Assembly (NCBI GenBank): GCA_903838985.1
Contig: CAIMAO010000024.1
Span: 1 to 60,416, forward strand
Length of the DNA stretch: 60,416 nucleotides
Origin: an uncultured bacterium
GTDB lineage: Bacteria; Patescibacteriota; Minisyncoccia; Phycocordibacterales; UBA9973
Direction: 5' to 3'
The position numbers and the translations under genes are program-made. Under the pieces are notes generated by a model. The model did not search any database. It worked only from the letters and a program-made list of their open reading frames with translations, and was not told the origin of the DNA. This document shows, one piece after another, positions 9,093 to 17,143 of the stretch. The stretch's first letter is position 1. The number at the start of each line of letters is the position of its first letter.

Positions 9093-9890
9093 TTAGCCAA
9101 AAACTTTCCCATCCTCCTCTACCAACCATTCACCAAATGAATCAAACATTGCTAATATCTCTTTTTTGTCAGAGGGAGGATTTTTTTCAAATTTATACAA
9201 ATCTCTCATTTCTTTTTCTTTTTCAGGATAGAAAGAAATAAACATATCTACCAACTTATCAGTTTCCATGGTATAGAAATCAACTTTCCACATACACATC
9301 ATACCAGCACTACGAATAAGTCTTTTAGCTATCTCAAAACCAATTTTGTTGATTTCCTTAACATCAGATGCTGTCTTTAACTTTTCTCTCGCAATATCAA
9401 TATCTCTTTTCATACTTAACCTAACACGACCACATGTTTCTTTGTCTAATCTAATTGGTGGAAGTTCTTGGTCAAAATCTTTTCCCCAAACCCAGGTGGC
9501 AAATACTTTCATTTGAAGTTTCTTTCCTTCGGGAAGTTTATCAATAGAAAAGAGATTTATTTCTGCACCTCTCTGAAACGGGTAAAGTTTATTCAATCTA
9601 TCCATCTCGTTGTTAACCCAAGAATTTTGACATTCTTTAATTTTTTCATCATTCAGGTCTGTTATTGCATATAAATCTATATCAGATTTAACATCCATTG
9701 CTTCTCCATGTGCCACACTTCCTCCAACATATACGGAAATGAGATGGTCACCCAGATGTTCTTTACAAACTTTTGTCATTTCATTTACAACCTCTCCCCA
9801 CTTACCAGTTATTTTTTCAATAGAGGCTTTTTTAATTAGAAATCTATTTTCATCAATATTTAATGTTGCCATATAAAAACAGTATATCAA
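9093..9890 (-). CDS. Cassette gene: Pol-beta-superfamily nucleotidyltransferase domain protein
   Basis: 'SVYVGGSVAHG....KSDIDL' motif plus helical C-terminal domain. Confidence 0.75.
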   Translation of the reverse strand: MIYCFYMATLNIDENRFLIKKASIEKITGKWGEVVNEMTKVCKEHLGDHLISVYVGGSVAHGEAMDVKSDIDLYAITDLNDEKIKECQNSWVNNEMDRLNKLYPFQRGAEINLFSIDKLPEGKKLQMKVFATWVWGKDFDQELPPIRLDKETCGRVRLSMKRDIDIAREKLKTASDVKEINKIGFEIAKRLIRSAGMMCMWKVDFYTMETDKLVDMFISFYPEKEKEMRDLYKFEKNPPSDKKEILAMFDSFGEWLVEEDGKVFG

Positions 9891-9921
9891 AAAGTAATAT
9901 AATCAACTATATAATTTATTC

Positions 9922-9933
9922 TACTCCGAACTT
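9922..9933 (+). repeat. Cassette junction S3 (left half only)
   Basis: tactccgaactt, with an upstream flank resembling those of S4 and S6. Confidence 0.6.
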
Positions 9934-9943
9934 AAAAATTGAT

Positions 9944-10108
9944 TTAGCTAAACAAAGAGAAAGTTACACCCAAATAGTAAGGCCAAAGAACTATTGCAAA
10001 TAATCCTTTCCAAAAAGCTAAATGTAAAAATCCAACAGTAAAAAGCCACGCTGCAACCCAGAAACCTCCCGCAAACATATGATTTTCAACTCTAATTTTA
10101 TTTTCCAT
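9944..10108 (-). CDS. Cassette gene: small membrane protein, paralog A (54 aa)
   Basis: MENKIRVENHMFAGGFWVAAWLFTVGFLHLAFWKGLFAIVLWPYYLGVTFSLFS. Confidence 0.75.
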   Translation of the reverse strand: MENKIRVENHMFAGGFWVAAWLFTVGFLHLAFWKGLFAIVLWPYYLGVTFSLFS

Positions 10109-10114
10109 ATTGTT

Positions 10115-10288
10115 TTATTTATTTTCCATATTTTCTTTACTAAACTTTTTTCCTATGTAGTAAGGCCAAATTATTAAAGAAAGAACACCTTTCCAAAACG
10201 AAAGATGTAAATACCCTATGCTAAAAAGCCAACCTATCATCCATAGTGTCCCAAAGACATCTTGATGAGTTATTATTGTGTTTGTCAT
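10115..10288 (-). CDS. Cassette gene: small membrane protein, paralog B (57 aa)
   Basis: MTNTIITHQDVFGTLWMIGWLFSIGYLHLSFWKGVLSLIIWPYYIGKKFSKENMENK. Confidence 0.75.
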   Translation of the reverse strand: MTNTIITHQDVFGTLWMIGWLFSIGYLHLSFWKGVLSLIIWPYYIGKKFSKENMENK

Positions 10289-10324
10289 AATATGATTATA
10301 TCAAACTTAATTATATAGTCTATT

Positions 10325-10356
10325 CTCCTGCTCCGAACCCGGGAGGAGATTCTAAA
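10325..10356 (+). repeat. Cassette junction site S4 (divergent)
   Basis: ctcctgctccgaacccgggaggagattctaaa. Confidence 0.8.
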
Positions 10357-10358
10357 AG

Positions 10359-10847
10359 CTATTTTAGATAACTATCAAAATAAATAGCGTGGCAAGTATA
10401 TCCACCAGGGTTTTTTTGTAAATAATCTTGATGATATTCTTCTGCAGGATAAAACTTAATAAGTGGCTCCAGGGTTGTAACTACAGGATTCTTCCATCTT
10501 TTTGATTTATTAACAATGTCTATAAAGTCTTCTGCTTCTTTCTTTTCCTGCTCATTCCCATAAAAAATTGCTGAACGATAAGATGTACCTCTGTCATTCC
10601 CTTGTTGATTTAATGTTGTCGGGTTATGTATTTGAAAGAAAAAATCCAGTAACTTTTTGTAAGAAGTTTTTTCAGTGTCATATTCAATTTCTAATGCTTC
10701 AGCGTGACCTTCATGGTTATGATAAGTTGGGTTTTCTACTTTTCCACCAGTATAACCAACAATAGTTTTAATCACTCCAGTTTGTTTTCTAATTAAATCC
10801 TGAAGTCCCCAAAAGCATCCTCCTGCTAATATAATTTTTTTAGTCAT
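10359..10847 (-). CDS. msrA: Peptide-methionine (S)-S-oxide reductase
   Basis: GGCFWG, GYTGG, 'AEEYHQDY' motifs. Confidence 0.95.
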   Translation of the reverse strand: MTKKIILAGGCFWGLQDLIRKQTGVIKTIVGYTGGKVENPTYHNHEGHAEALEIEYDTEKTSYKKLLDFFFQIHNPTTLNQQGNDRGTSYRSAIFYGNEQEKKEAEDFIDIVNKSKRWKNPVVTTLEPLIKFYPAEEYHQDYLQKNPGGYTCHAIYFDSYLK

Positions 10848-10858
10848 AAATTTTTAAA

Positions 10859-11242
10859 TTATTTTCCTGGAATAAATTTCATTGAAATAGAATTAACACA
10901 GTATCTCACGTTTTTATCTGTTAAATTTTCTCCAGTAAAAACATGACCTAAATGTCCACCACATTTGGCACAAGTTATTTCGATACGAATACCATCAGCA
11001 TCTAAGGTTTTTTTAGTTGCACCTAAAATTTCGTCATCAAAGGACGGCCAACCACAAGTAGATTCAAATTTATCTTTTGAATTATATAACGGTAATTCAC
11101 ATTGTCGACATACATATACACCTGTTTCTTTATTATTCACGTATTCTCCTATAAATGGTGCTTCTGTACCTTTATTTATAATTATTTCCTTTTCTTCTTC
11201 GGTTAATTGATTCACACTAATAATTATAACAAAAAAAATCAA
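10859..11242 (-). CDS. msrB: Peptide-methionine (R)-S-oxide reductase
   Basis: 'GTEAPF.G', CxxC, GWPSF, GHLGHVF, RYCVNS; start probably GTG near 11215. Confidence 0.95.
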   Translation of the reverse strand: MIFFVIIISVNQLTEEEKEIIINKGTEAPFIGEYVNNKETGVYVCRQCELPLYNSKDKFESTCGWPSFDDEILGATKKTLDADGIRIEITCAKCGGHLGHVFTGENLTDKNVRYCVNSISMKFIPGK

Positions 11243-11256
11243 AAGTTATACATCTT

Positions 11257-11308
11257 CTCCTGCTCCGCACTTGAGAGTCTTACCCCTCCTTTTTGGAGAA
11301 TATTAGAA
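11257..11308 (+). repeat. Cassette junction S5 (interrupted by ~21 bp)
   Basis: ctcctgctccgcacttg [agagtcttacccctccttttt] ggagaatattagaa. Confidence 0.7.
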
Positions 11309-11327
11309 ATATTTTAATTAAACAGAA

Positions 11328-11915
11328 TTAAGATTTTTCTACATTTCTAACCTTTCTTAAAAATAGTATCTCTCCAATAATAATTATTTTAATAACTAGC
11401 ACTGACAAAGGATATAGCCATGTTGTTATTGAATATGTTTTAAGTGAAGCAATTGAAAGACCATGTTTAAAAGCATCAAAAAACATAGAACCAAGAGATT
11501 CACTATGTGGTGCATTCCAGGTCTTACGCATAGTAGGGAAAAATCCTACCACATCAGTAAAGGAAGCTAATACAACTGACCATAAAATATTATTAGTTAT
11601 AAGCCAAGGGATGATTGAAATCAAGGCTAATGCCAAACATACTTTATCAAATTTTGTTATGTCTTTTGTCCCGTATTTTAAAGAAAGAAAAAATATACCT
11701 ATAGTTATGACTGCAGTGACTCCAGTTGTCCAAGAACCTGGACCTCCACCAGAAAACCATTGCCCTAAAAATGCTAATACAGTTACTATTGACCATATAA
11801 GCCAAGTATAGATATGGGGTTTAGTATTTCCACGAAATATGTCTTTTATATAAAGGTAAGAACTTCCTAGAGCAAGAAAAACTGCAATACTTCCTAGAAT
11901 TATTTTTATTTCCAT
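11328..11915 (-). CDS. Cassette gene: multi-pass membrane protein
   Basis: 'YIKDIFRGNTKPHIYTWLIW', 'PTMRKTW..PHSE'. Confidence 0.75.
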   Translation of the reverse strand: MEIKIILGSIAVFLALGSSYLYIKDIFRGNTKPHIYTWLIWSIVTVLAFLGQWFSGGGPGSWTTGVTAVITIGIFFLSLKYGTKDITKFDKVCLALALISIIPWLITNNILWSVVLASFTDVVGFFPTMRKTWNAPHSESLGSMFFDAFKHGLSIASLKTYSITTWLYPLSVLVIKIIIIGEILFLRKVRNVEKS

Positions 11916-11963
11916 ACTATGAATTATATCAAAACTTAATATAATTAAGTATATAGTTTATTT

Positions 11964-11995
11964 CCCTGCTCCGAACTTGGGAGGATGTTCGAATA
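11964..11995 (+). repeat. Cassette junction site S6
   Basis: ccctgctccgaacttgggaggatgttcgaata. Confidence 0.95.
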
Positions 11996-12028
11996 GCGAT
12001 AAGAGAAAAGGTTTGATAAAATCATCTT

Positions 12029-12277
12029 ATGAATAAAAAAGAAACCCCTATTATGCCACATAAAATTTCAGAAGATTTACGAAAAGCCTTAACTGCTTCA
12101 CCTTTAGCAAAAAGAACTTGGGATGACACTACCCCGCTCGCACACAACGAATGGATTTGCTGGATTATATCAGGCAAAAAAGCAGAGACAAGAGATATAC
12201 GTATAAAGAAAGCCATATCAAAACTCAAAGGTGGAATGCGTCGACCTTGTTGTTGGGCTGGATGTACCCATCGTTGA
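12029..12277 (+). CDS. Cassette gene: YdeI/OmpD-associated family protein
   Basis: 'DLRKAL....W..TTPLAHNEWICWI.S.KKAETR..RI....RRPCCW.GC.HR'. Confidence 0.8.
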   Translation: MNKKETPIMPHKISEDLRKALTASPLAKRTWDDTTPLAHNEWICWIISGKKAETRDIRIKKAISKLKGGMRRPCCWAGCTHR

Positions 12278-12282
12278 AATTA

Positions 12283-12313
12283 AACTTGGGAGGATGTTCG
12301 AATAAGTTTGATA
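12283..12313 (+). repeat. Cassette junction S7 (right half only, core missing)
   Basis: aacttgggaggatgttcgaataagtttgata. Confidence 0.85.
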
Positions 12314-12514
12314 AATTAGATAAAAAATAAAAAAGCTGACAAACATGATTCATCAGCTTTTATTTTGTTTGTGGAAATTTTAGAACGTTCCCCATTTCCA
12401 CAGATAAAACACCATGGTACCAACAACAATTAATGTTATTGATATTTTTAACAAAGTCATTTTGGTTGTTGACTTCATCTTTTAACCTTTCTTTGTTTAA
12501 GAATTTTTTGATTG

Positions 12515-12856
12515 TTACAAATTAACCCAGAAAAAACAGCTTTTGTATTGACCAATTTCTTTCCAGTTGATTTTTTCAGCTTCAACAAAATCAACAACAA
12601 AAGAATTAGCTTCTAAGTTGTTGCTTGTACTATTGTAATAAACCAAAGCTGCTAAACCGGGTTTCTCCAAGGTGGAACAAGATATAAGGTGAATAGATGA
12701 GTATTTCAAATGACTCTCATTTTCATCCCTTACATTAAGATTAACAAGTTTTATTAAGACCTGATACAAGTGTGCAAATTTCTTTCTTGCCTTCCTTGTC
12801 TTTGACAGTTCTTCATAATACTCTGCTAGTGATTCAGTTCTAATCGGAAGCAACAT
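12515..12856 (-). CDS. Cassette gene: hypothetical protein
   Basis: 113 aa ORF, AAAGGA SD, downstream of shared leader. Confidence 0.55.
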   Translation of the reverse strand: MLLPIRTESLAEYYEELSKTRKARKKFAHLYQVLIKLVNLNVRDENESHLKYSSIHLISCSTLEKPGLAALVYYNSTSNNLEANSFVVDFVEAEKINWKEIGQYKSCFFWVNL

Positions 12857-12884
12857 ATTTTTATCCTTTTAATCGTTACTGAAA

Positions 12885-13002
12885 TTTATTGAGTTATCTC
12901 AACCTCCGTAAAGAAACTAAGATAACTCAACAAATATAAATAAAAGGAAATATCAAAGAACTTATATAAATATATAATACTACTTTATATAACAAAAGTC
13001 AA
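12885..13002 (-). promoter_or_regulatory. Shared cassette leader L1: sigma70 promoter + boxA-like motif + hairpin
   Basis: Minus strand TTGACT-17bp-TATTAT, GTTCTTTGA, then TTGAGTTATCT...AGATAACTCAA; near-identical to 16226-16344. Confidence 0.7.
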
Positions 13003-13008
13003 GTATCT

Positions 13009-13039
13009 CTCCTGCTCCGAACCTGGGAGGATGTTCGAA
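13009..13039 (+). repeat. Cassette junction site S8
   Basis: ctcctgctccgaacctgggaggatgttcgaa. Confidence 0.95.
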
Positions 13040-13075
13040 GAAGTTGTATTGAGGTACAACATTTACAAATCCACT

Positions 13076-13105
13076 CTGCTCCGAACCTGGGAGGATGTTC
13101 GAATA
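13076..13105 (+). repeat. Cassette junction site S9
   Basis: ctgctccgaacctgggaggatgttcgaata, 64 bp after S8. Confidence 0.95.
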
Positions 13106-13109
13106 GCTA

Positions 13110-13592
13110 TTACTTCAAAATCTTAAATTTATCTATATCAATATCCCAGGAGTCCGTATTAATAGGTTCTTCATTTGTAAATTTTGGATAAAAATGTAGA
13201 TGTAAATGTGATACTGATTTCTTATCCTTATCATTTTGACGTGTCCTCCAACAAGTGAATAGTTGATCACCAAATAAAGAACCCTTACCTATGATTTTAT
13301 TATTTCTGTAATGATTTTCTAATTTTTCAGTAATTTCTGCTAATTCGAGTAATTCTTCTTTTTTTAATTCAGAAAAACGAACTACGTGTCTTTTGGATAT
13401 TAGTAAAGTATGATATTTCCTATAAGGGAACGCCGCAAATACCCAATTCCAAAAAGAATATTCGTTAATAGTAAGCTCTGGAGACATAATACAAAAAGCA
13501 CACCCCCCATTCAAATCTTTAAGATGTTTTTTATATTCTTCACGTGGAAGTGGTTTAGTTATTTTCATTATTAAATAACTTATAACAGACAA
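13110..13592 (-). CDS. Cassette gene: HIT-family nucleotide hydrolase
   Basis: CAFC, 'FPY..YHTLLI.KRH', 'SVSHLHLH' histidine triad. Confidence 0.8.
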   Translation of the reverse strand: MSVISYLIMKITKPLPREEYKKHLKDLNGGCAFCIMSPELTINEYSFWNWVFAAFPYRKYHTLLISKRHVVRFSELKKEELLELAEITEKLENHYRNNKIIGKGSLFGDQLFTCWRTRQNDKDKKSVSHLHLHFYPKFTNEEPINTDSWDIDIDKFKILK

Positions 13593-13613
13593 TGTAATAT
13601 GTCAATTTATTTT

Positions 13614-13652
13614 CCTGCTCCGAACTTGGGAGGATGTTCGAATAAGTTTGAT
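13614..13652 (+). repeat. Cassette junction site S10
   Basis: cctgctccgaacttgggaggatgttcgaataagtttgat. Confidence 0.95.
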
Positions 13653-13709
13653 GGAATAAAAACGGACCCAACATTGTTGGGCCTCGTGTAAAAATAAATT
13701 AAAATGTGC

Positions 13710-14024
13710 TTATGATATCTTGTTTGTTTTAAAAAGATAATAATCAACACATCCAACAGTTTCCTTTTCACCATTGTCTTTTGTAAACTCTACGTGAATA
13801 ATCCAAGAAGTTTCATTAAATAAACCTATCACTTTTCCTTTTTTGCCAAAACCACAGTATTGATATTTGGGAGACCTTGCTCGGATAGGGTCATCTATCA
13901 CAACCTCAACCGTATCACCTATGTTTATGTGATTTCCGTAACAATCAAAACCAGCAAAATTTGATGGCGGTTTTGCAATCAATAACTTTTCCCCAAGTCT
14001 TTCTCTTTCTGTCCTTGTTATCAT
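13710..14024 (-). CDS. Cassette gene: hypothetical (KOW/SH3-like)
   Basis: 'INIGDTVEV...GKKGKVIG'; SD AAAGGAAG. Confidence 0.55.
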   Translation of the reverse strand: MITRTERERLGEKLLIAKPPSNFAGFDCYGNHINIGDTVEVVIDDPIRARSPKYQYCGFGKKGKVIGLFNETSWIIHVEFTKDNGEKETVGCVDYYLFKTNKIS

Positions 14025-14043
14025 ACTATCACTTCCTTTTTTA

Positions 14044-14583
14044 TTAATTAAAACAAATCGTAATTTTCTTTTTCCCCTTCTTGTCTTCGTAAACAGAAGA
14101 GTAAGGAGACGAACTCGTCGTTACAACGTGATATCTTTTGATAAAACCATCAGGTAAAATAACCTTACCTACAGTTAAATCTTTCTTCACTTTGAAATTT
14201 TTTTCATCGAAATCTAATTCAGCTATTTCCAAATCAGATTTATCAACTTTTATCACCGGGTATTTCTTGAAGATAAATCTTTGTCCTTTAATTGTAACTT
14301 CAAATTTTTTTCCAACAACAGAAAAAATCAAACCGAGAAGAAATAAGATGGTAGAAAAAACAACAAAGAATTGTATTTTTTCATTATAATCAGTATCTAA
14401 CTCTCCTACAATAAGAGATATTATAAAAAAGATTATAAAAAATCCTATCTTCAAAAGAATGTTTCCTTTTGATACTTTGATTCCTCCAAAAGCAAATGAA
14501 GCAATCAAAACAAGAACCAACAAAACAACAAACTGTAACATAGTAACCTCTTTATTTAATTGACGAATAATTTGCTTACCCAA
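14044..14583 (-). CDS. Cassette gene: hypothetical membrane protein
   Basis: Three TM segments; likely start MLQFV after a GAGG SD. Confidence 0.6.
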   Translation of the reverse strand: MGKQIIRQLNKEVTMLQFVVLLVLVLIASFAFGGIKVSKGNILLKIGFFIIFFIISLIVGELDTDYNEKIQFFVVFSTILFLLGLIFSVVGKKFEVTIKGQRFIFKKYPVIKVDKSDLEIAELDFDEKNFKVKKDLTVGKVILPDGFIKRYHVVTTSSSPYSSVYEDKKGKKKITICFN

Positions 14584-14621
14584 ATACTACAACTTTTTTA
14601 ATAAAAGTCAATTTATCTAAA

Positions 14622-14655
14622 TGCTCCGAACTTGGGAGGATGTTCGAATAAGTTT
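14622..14655 (+). repeat. Cassette junction site S11
   Basis: tgctccgaacttgggaggatgttcgaataagttt. Confidence 0.95.
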
Positions 14656-14723
14656 AGTAGATAAATAATTGCTTTTTTTGTCTTTTGCTATACTATGTAT
14701 TAAACAAACAAAGAGAGGTATTT

Positions 14724-14897
14724 ATGAAAGAAACACTTGTTCATTCGTTTTATCTCGGACTTATTTTTATCTTTGCAATAATAAGTCCCATATGTTATTT
14801 CTTTTGTTGGTTATTATCAAAACCACTTAAAAAACTTTATTATCTCTACATAAAATTAGGAGATAAAAAAGTAACAATATTACAAAATCCGTCTTAA
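14724..14897 (+). CDS. Cassette gene: small membrane protein
   Basis: GAGAGG SD then MKETLVHS..., one TM, followed by aaaatccgt...acggatttt hairpin. Confidence 0.45.
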   Translation: MKETLVHSFYLGLIFIFAIISPICYFFCWLLSKPLKKLYYLYIKLGDKKVTILQNPS

Positions 14898-14967
14898 AAA
14901 ACGGATTTTATTTTTATCCCCAAAAACAGAAAACTCCCAACAGCAGAAGTAATCTGCGTGGGAGTTA

Positions 14968-15426
14968 TTAATTACAAGAGAGATTAAAGAGAATTTTATA
15001 ACCCTCCTCGCACCCTTTATTTAATGCTTTTTCACTAACTCCAAGAAAACCTAGCCTTACAGATAGAGCTCCAAATTCAATGCCGTTTGGGTCACAAGCA
15101 ACCATTGCCTTCATCTGCTCATAGCCAAAATTATCAAGAACCTTTTGAGATGGTTTTAACTCTTTTATTTCTTCTGAAAGAGAATCAAACCAAGACCACT
15201 CTCTTAAAAAAATAGCTTGTGCCATTGATTCCAATTTTTCCTGAAATTTCTTGTTGGAACCATATATGTGCATTCCAAAATTTGAAAAAGGTTTTTCTAT
15301 CTCAGAATCAACAATCTGTTTTCCATTAGGATTTCGAAAATGATTTACATTTTTGAAATCACTAATTTTTACCATACTGTTAAAAGTAAACAGTATATCT
15401 CGCTCTGGATTTAGAAAACAAGGCAT
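14968..15426 (-). CDS. Cassette gene: hypothetical protein
   Basis: 152 aa, AGGAGA SD. Confidence 0.6.
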   Translation of the reverse strand: MPCFLNPERDILFTFNSMVKISDFKNVNHFRNPNGKQIVDSEIEKPFSNFGMHIYGSNKKFQEKLESMAQAIFLREWSWFDSLSEEIKELKPSQKVLDNFGYEQMKAMVACDPNGIEFGALSVRLGFLGVSEKALNKGCEEGYKILFNLSCN

Positions 15427-15523
15427 AACATCTCCTAAAATTTAGTTAGTGAAATTAACAATTAACTATTAGAAGTCCAATTAAATTATACAATTAATAC
15501 TAACTATCTGTCAATTTATTTTT

Positions 15524-15552
15524 CTGCTCCGAACTTGGGAGGATGTTCGAAT
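15524..15552 (+). repeat. Cassette junction site S12
   Basis: ctgctccgaacttgggaggatgttcgaat. Confidence 0.95.
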
Positions 15553-15581
15553 GAGTTTAACAAAGAAATAAATAAACAAAA

Positions 15582-15615
15582 AGAGCCACAGAAGAGTGGT
15601 TCTCTTTGTGGCTCA
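15582..15615 (-). terminator. Intrinsic terminator at cassette end
   Basis: gagccacagaagag-tggtt-ctctttgtggctc hairpin followed by a T-run on the minus strand. Confidence 0.65.
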
Positions 15616-15622
15616 TAATTAA

Positions 15623-16201
15623 TTACCAGTTTTTTGTAATTTCACTGATTCTTTTTTCAATATCAAACTCTGTAAAATTATTTTTCTCACAGAAATCTTT
15701 TACTGTATTTTCCAGATTTTGCCAAAATAACTTAACTTCCTCATATCTTTTTTTGGATTTTTCATAAATTTCCTGATTAGTTTCTTTCTCTAACCACTGC
15801 ATCATATAATCTTCAGGTGTAGATTTATTGTCTCCTATTCTTATCTCCCACACTTCTGTATTTGAATTATCTTCCTTTTGAGGACCAAAAATATGATAGA
15901 TTTTCTTAAAAGAAGAATCGGGATCCTTGCTAATCTCCCTAGTTAGAATTTCAAGAAGAATAGAAATATGAGGTTCAGTTTTTAAAACTATTATATCTAA
16001 ACTTCCATCCATATTAGATAAAAATAGATTAGAAAAATCTTCATATGAACCAACATCATCAAAATGACCAGCACAACTAACTCCAAATGTCGCGCAGAAT
16101 GGTATTTGATGGAATAATTTAACCAATCCCAAAAACTCTAAATCCACACTTTCTATTTTATTAAAATTATCCAAAAATGATACTACCGCATGAATAGACA
16201 T
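15623..16201 (-). CDS. Cassette gene: hypothetical protein
   Basis: 192 aa, GGAGG SD, 'TFGVSCAGH' motif. Confidence 0.6.
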   Translation of the reverse strand: MSIHAVVSFLDNFNKIESVDLEFLGLVKLFHQIPFCATFGVSCAGHFDDVGSYEDFSNLFLSNMDGSLDIIVLKTEPHISILLEILTREISKDPDSSFKKIYHIFGPQKEDNSNTEVWEIRIGDNKSTPEDYMMQWLEKETNQEIYEKSKKRYEEVKLFWQNLENTVKDFCEKNNFTEFDIEKRISEITKNW

Positions 16202-16225
16202 AGAACCTCCAACTGTTTATTTTAA

Positions 16226-16344
16226 TTTATTGAGTTATCTCAATCTCCAGAAAGAAACTAAGATAGCTCAACAAATATAAATAAAAAAGGAAATATCAAA
16301 GAACTTATATAAATATATAATACTACTTTATATAGAAAAGTCAA
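16226..16344 (-). promoter_or_regulatory. Shared cassette leader L2
   Basis: Near-identical copy of L1 in front of an unrelated gene. Confidence 0.7.
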
Positions 16345-16350
16345 GTATCT

Positions 16351-16381
16351 CTCCTGCTCCGAACTTGGGAGGATGTTCGAA
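16351..16381 (+). repeat. Cassette junction site S13
   Basis: ctcctgctccgaacttgggaggatgttcgaa. Confidence 0.95.
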
Positions 16382-16457
16382 AAATTATATTAGAGGAAAA
16401 TATCGTATAAAAAACAGAAAACCCACCGAAGCAGTTTTTCTGCTGGTGGGCACAACT

Positions 16458-16886
16458 CTATATAAACTTTTTAGTTTCATAGAAAGAAAAAAGTCTGATC
16501 TCCCTTTCTTGAGCACCAAAGGTACTTTCAAAGTAACTTTCAAGAGACTTCTGAAATTTTTTTTTAAAAGATTCTTGTCCTCGATTTATTCTCAAGATTT
16601 GATCTTCCGTACAATCTTCTTTATTAAAAGAATCCCATTCAAATTCAAGTTTTTTAAATTGAGCAACTTGTTTCGTAAGTCTCCAAAAGTCCCTGCGAAT
16701 TATATATAAACCTAATTTGAAAGAAATATACTTTTCTAAGTAAAAAAAAGTAACAAATGAAAACTCCTGAAATTCAATCTTTTTTACAAATTTTTCAAAT
16801 TGAAGTTTCCTTTCAAGCTCTCCGTGTGTTAGTAAATAATCCTTCCAAATAGGTCTCATAATTTCTATAACTTCTTTCTTTCTCAT
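16458..16886 (-). CDS. Cassette gene: hypothetical protein
   Basis: 142 aa, GAGGA SD, downstream of leader L3. Confidence 0.55.
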   Translation of the reverse strand: MRKKEVIEIMRPIWKDYLLTHGELERKLQFEKFVKKIEFQEFSFVTFFYLEKYISFKLGLYIIRRDFWRLTKQVAQFKKLEFEWDSFNKEDCTEDQILRINRGQESFKKKFQKSLESYFESTFGAQEREIRLFSFYETKKFI

Positions 16887-16911
16887 TTTTTTCCTCTTGT
16901 TGTTAAATTAT

Positions 16912-17033
16912 TTTATTAAGTTCTCTCAATCTCCATAAAAGAAACTAAGAGAACCTAATAAAACTTAACAACTAAATCAAAATATCAAAGAACTTATATA
17001 GATATATAATACTACTTTATATACAAAAGTCAA
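16912..17033 (-). promoter_or_regulatory. Shared cassette leader L3
   Basis: Same promoter block as L1; hairpin carries a compensatory change GTTCTCT/AGAGAAC. Confidence 0.7.
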
Positions 17034-17040
17034 GTATTTC

Positions 17041-17070
17041 CCCCGCTCCGAACTTGGGAAAATATTCAAA
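17041..17070 (+). repeat. Cassette junction site S14 (divergent)
   Basis: ccccgctccgaacttgggaaaatattcaaa. Confidence 0.85.
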
Positions 17071-17143
17071 AGAGCATTTTAGACAAATAAAAAAACCGTC
17101 TCTCCTAAAACAGTTTTTTATTTTAGTTAAAGACGGTTAATAA

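Noticed and set aside
12317-12478. Short hydrophobic minus-strand ORF (MKSTTKMTLLK...) with a GAAAGG SD
   Set aside because: It runs through the terminator hairpin and has no recognisable family; plausible but unsupported.
16365-16709. 114-aa + strand ORF starting within site S13
   Set aside because: Antisense to 16458-16886, which has an SD and leader; the start is a TTG inside the repeat.
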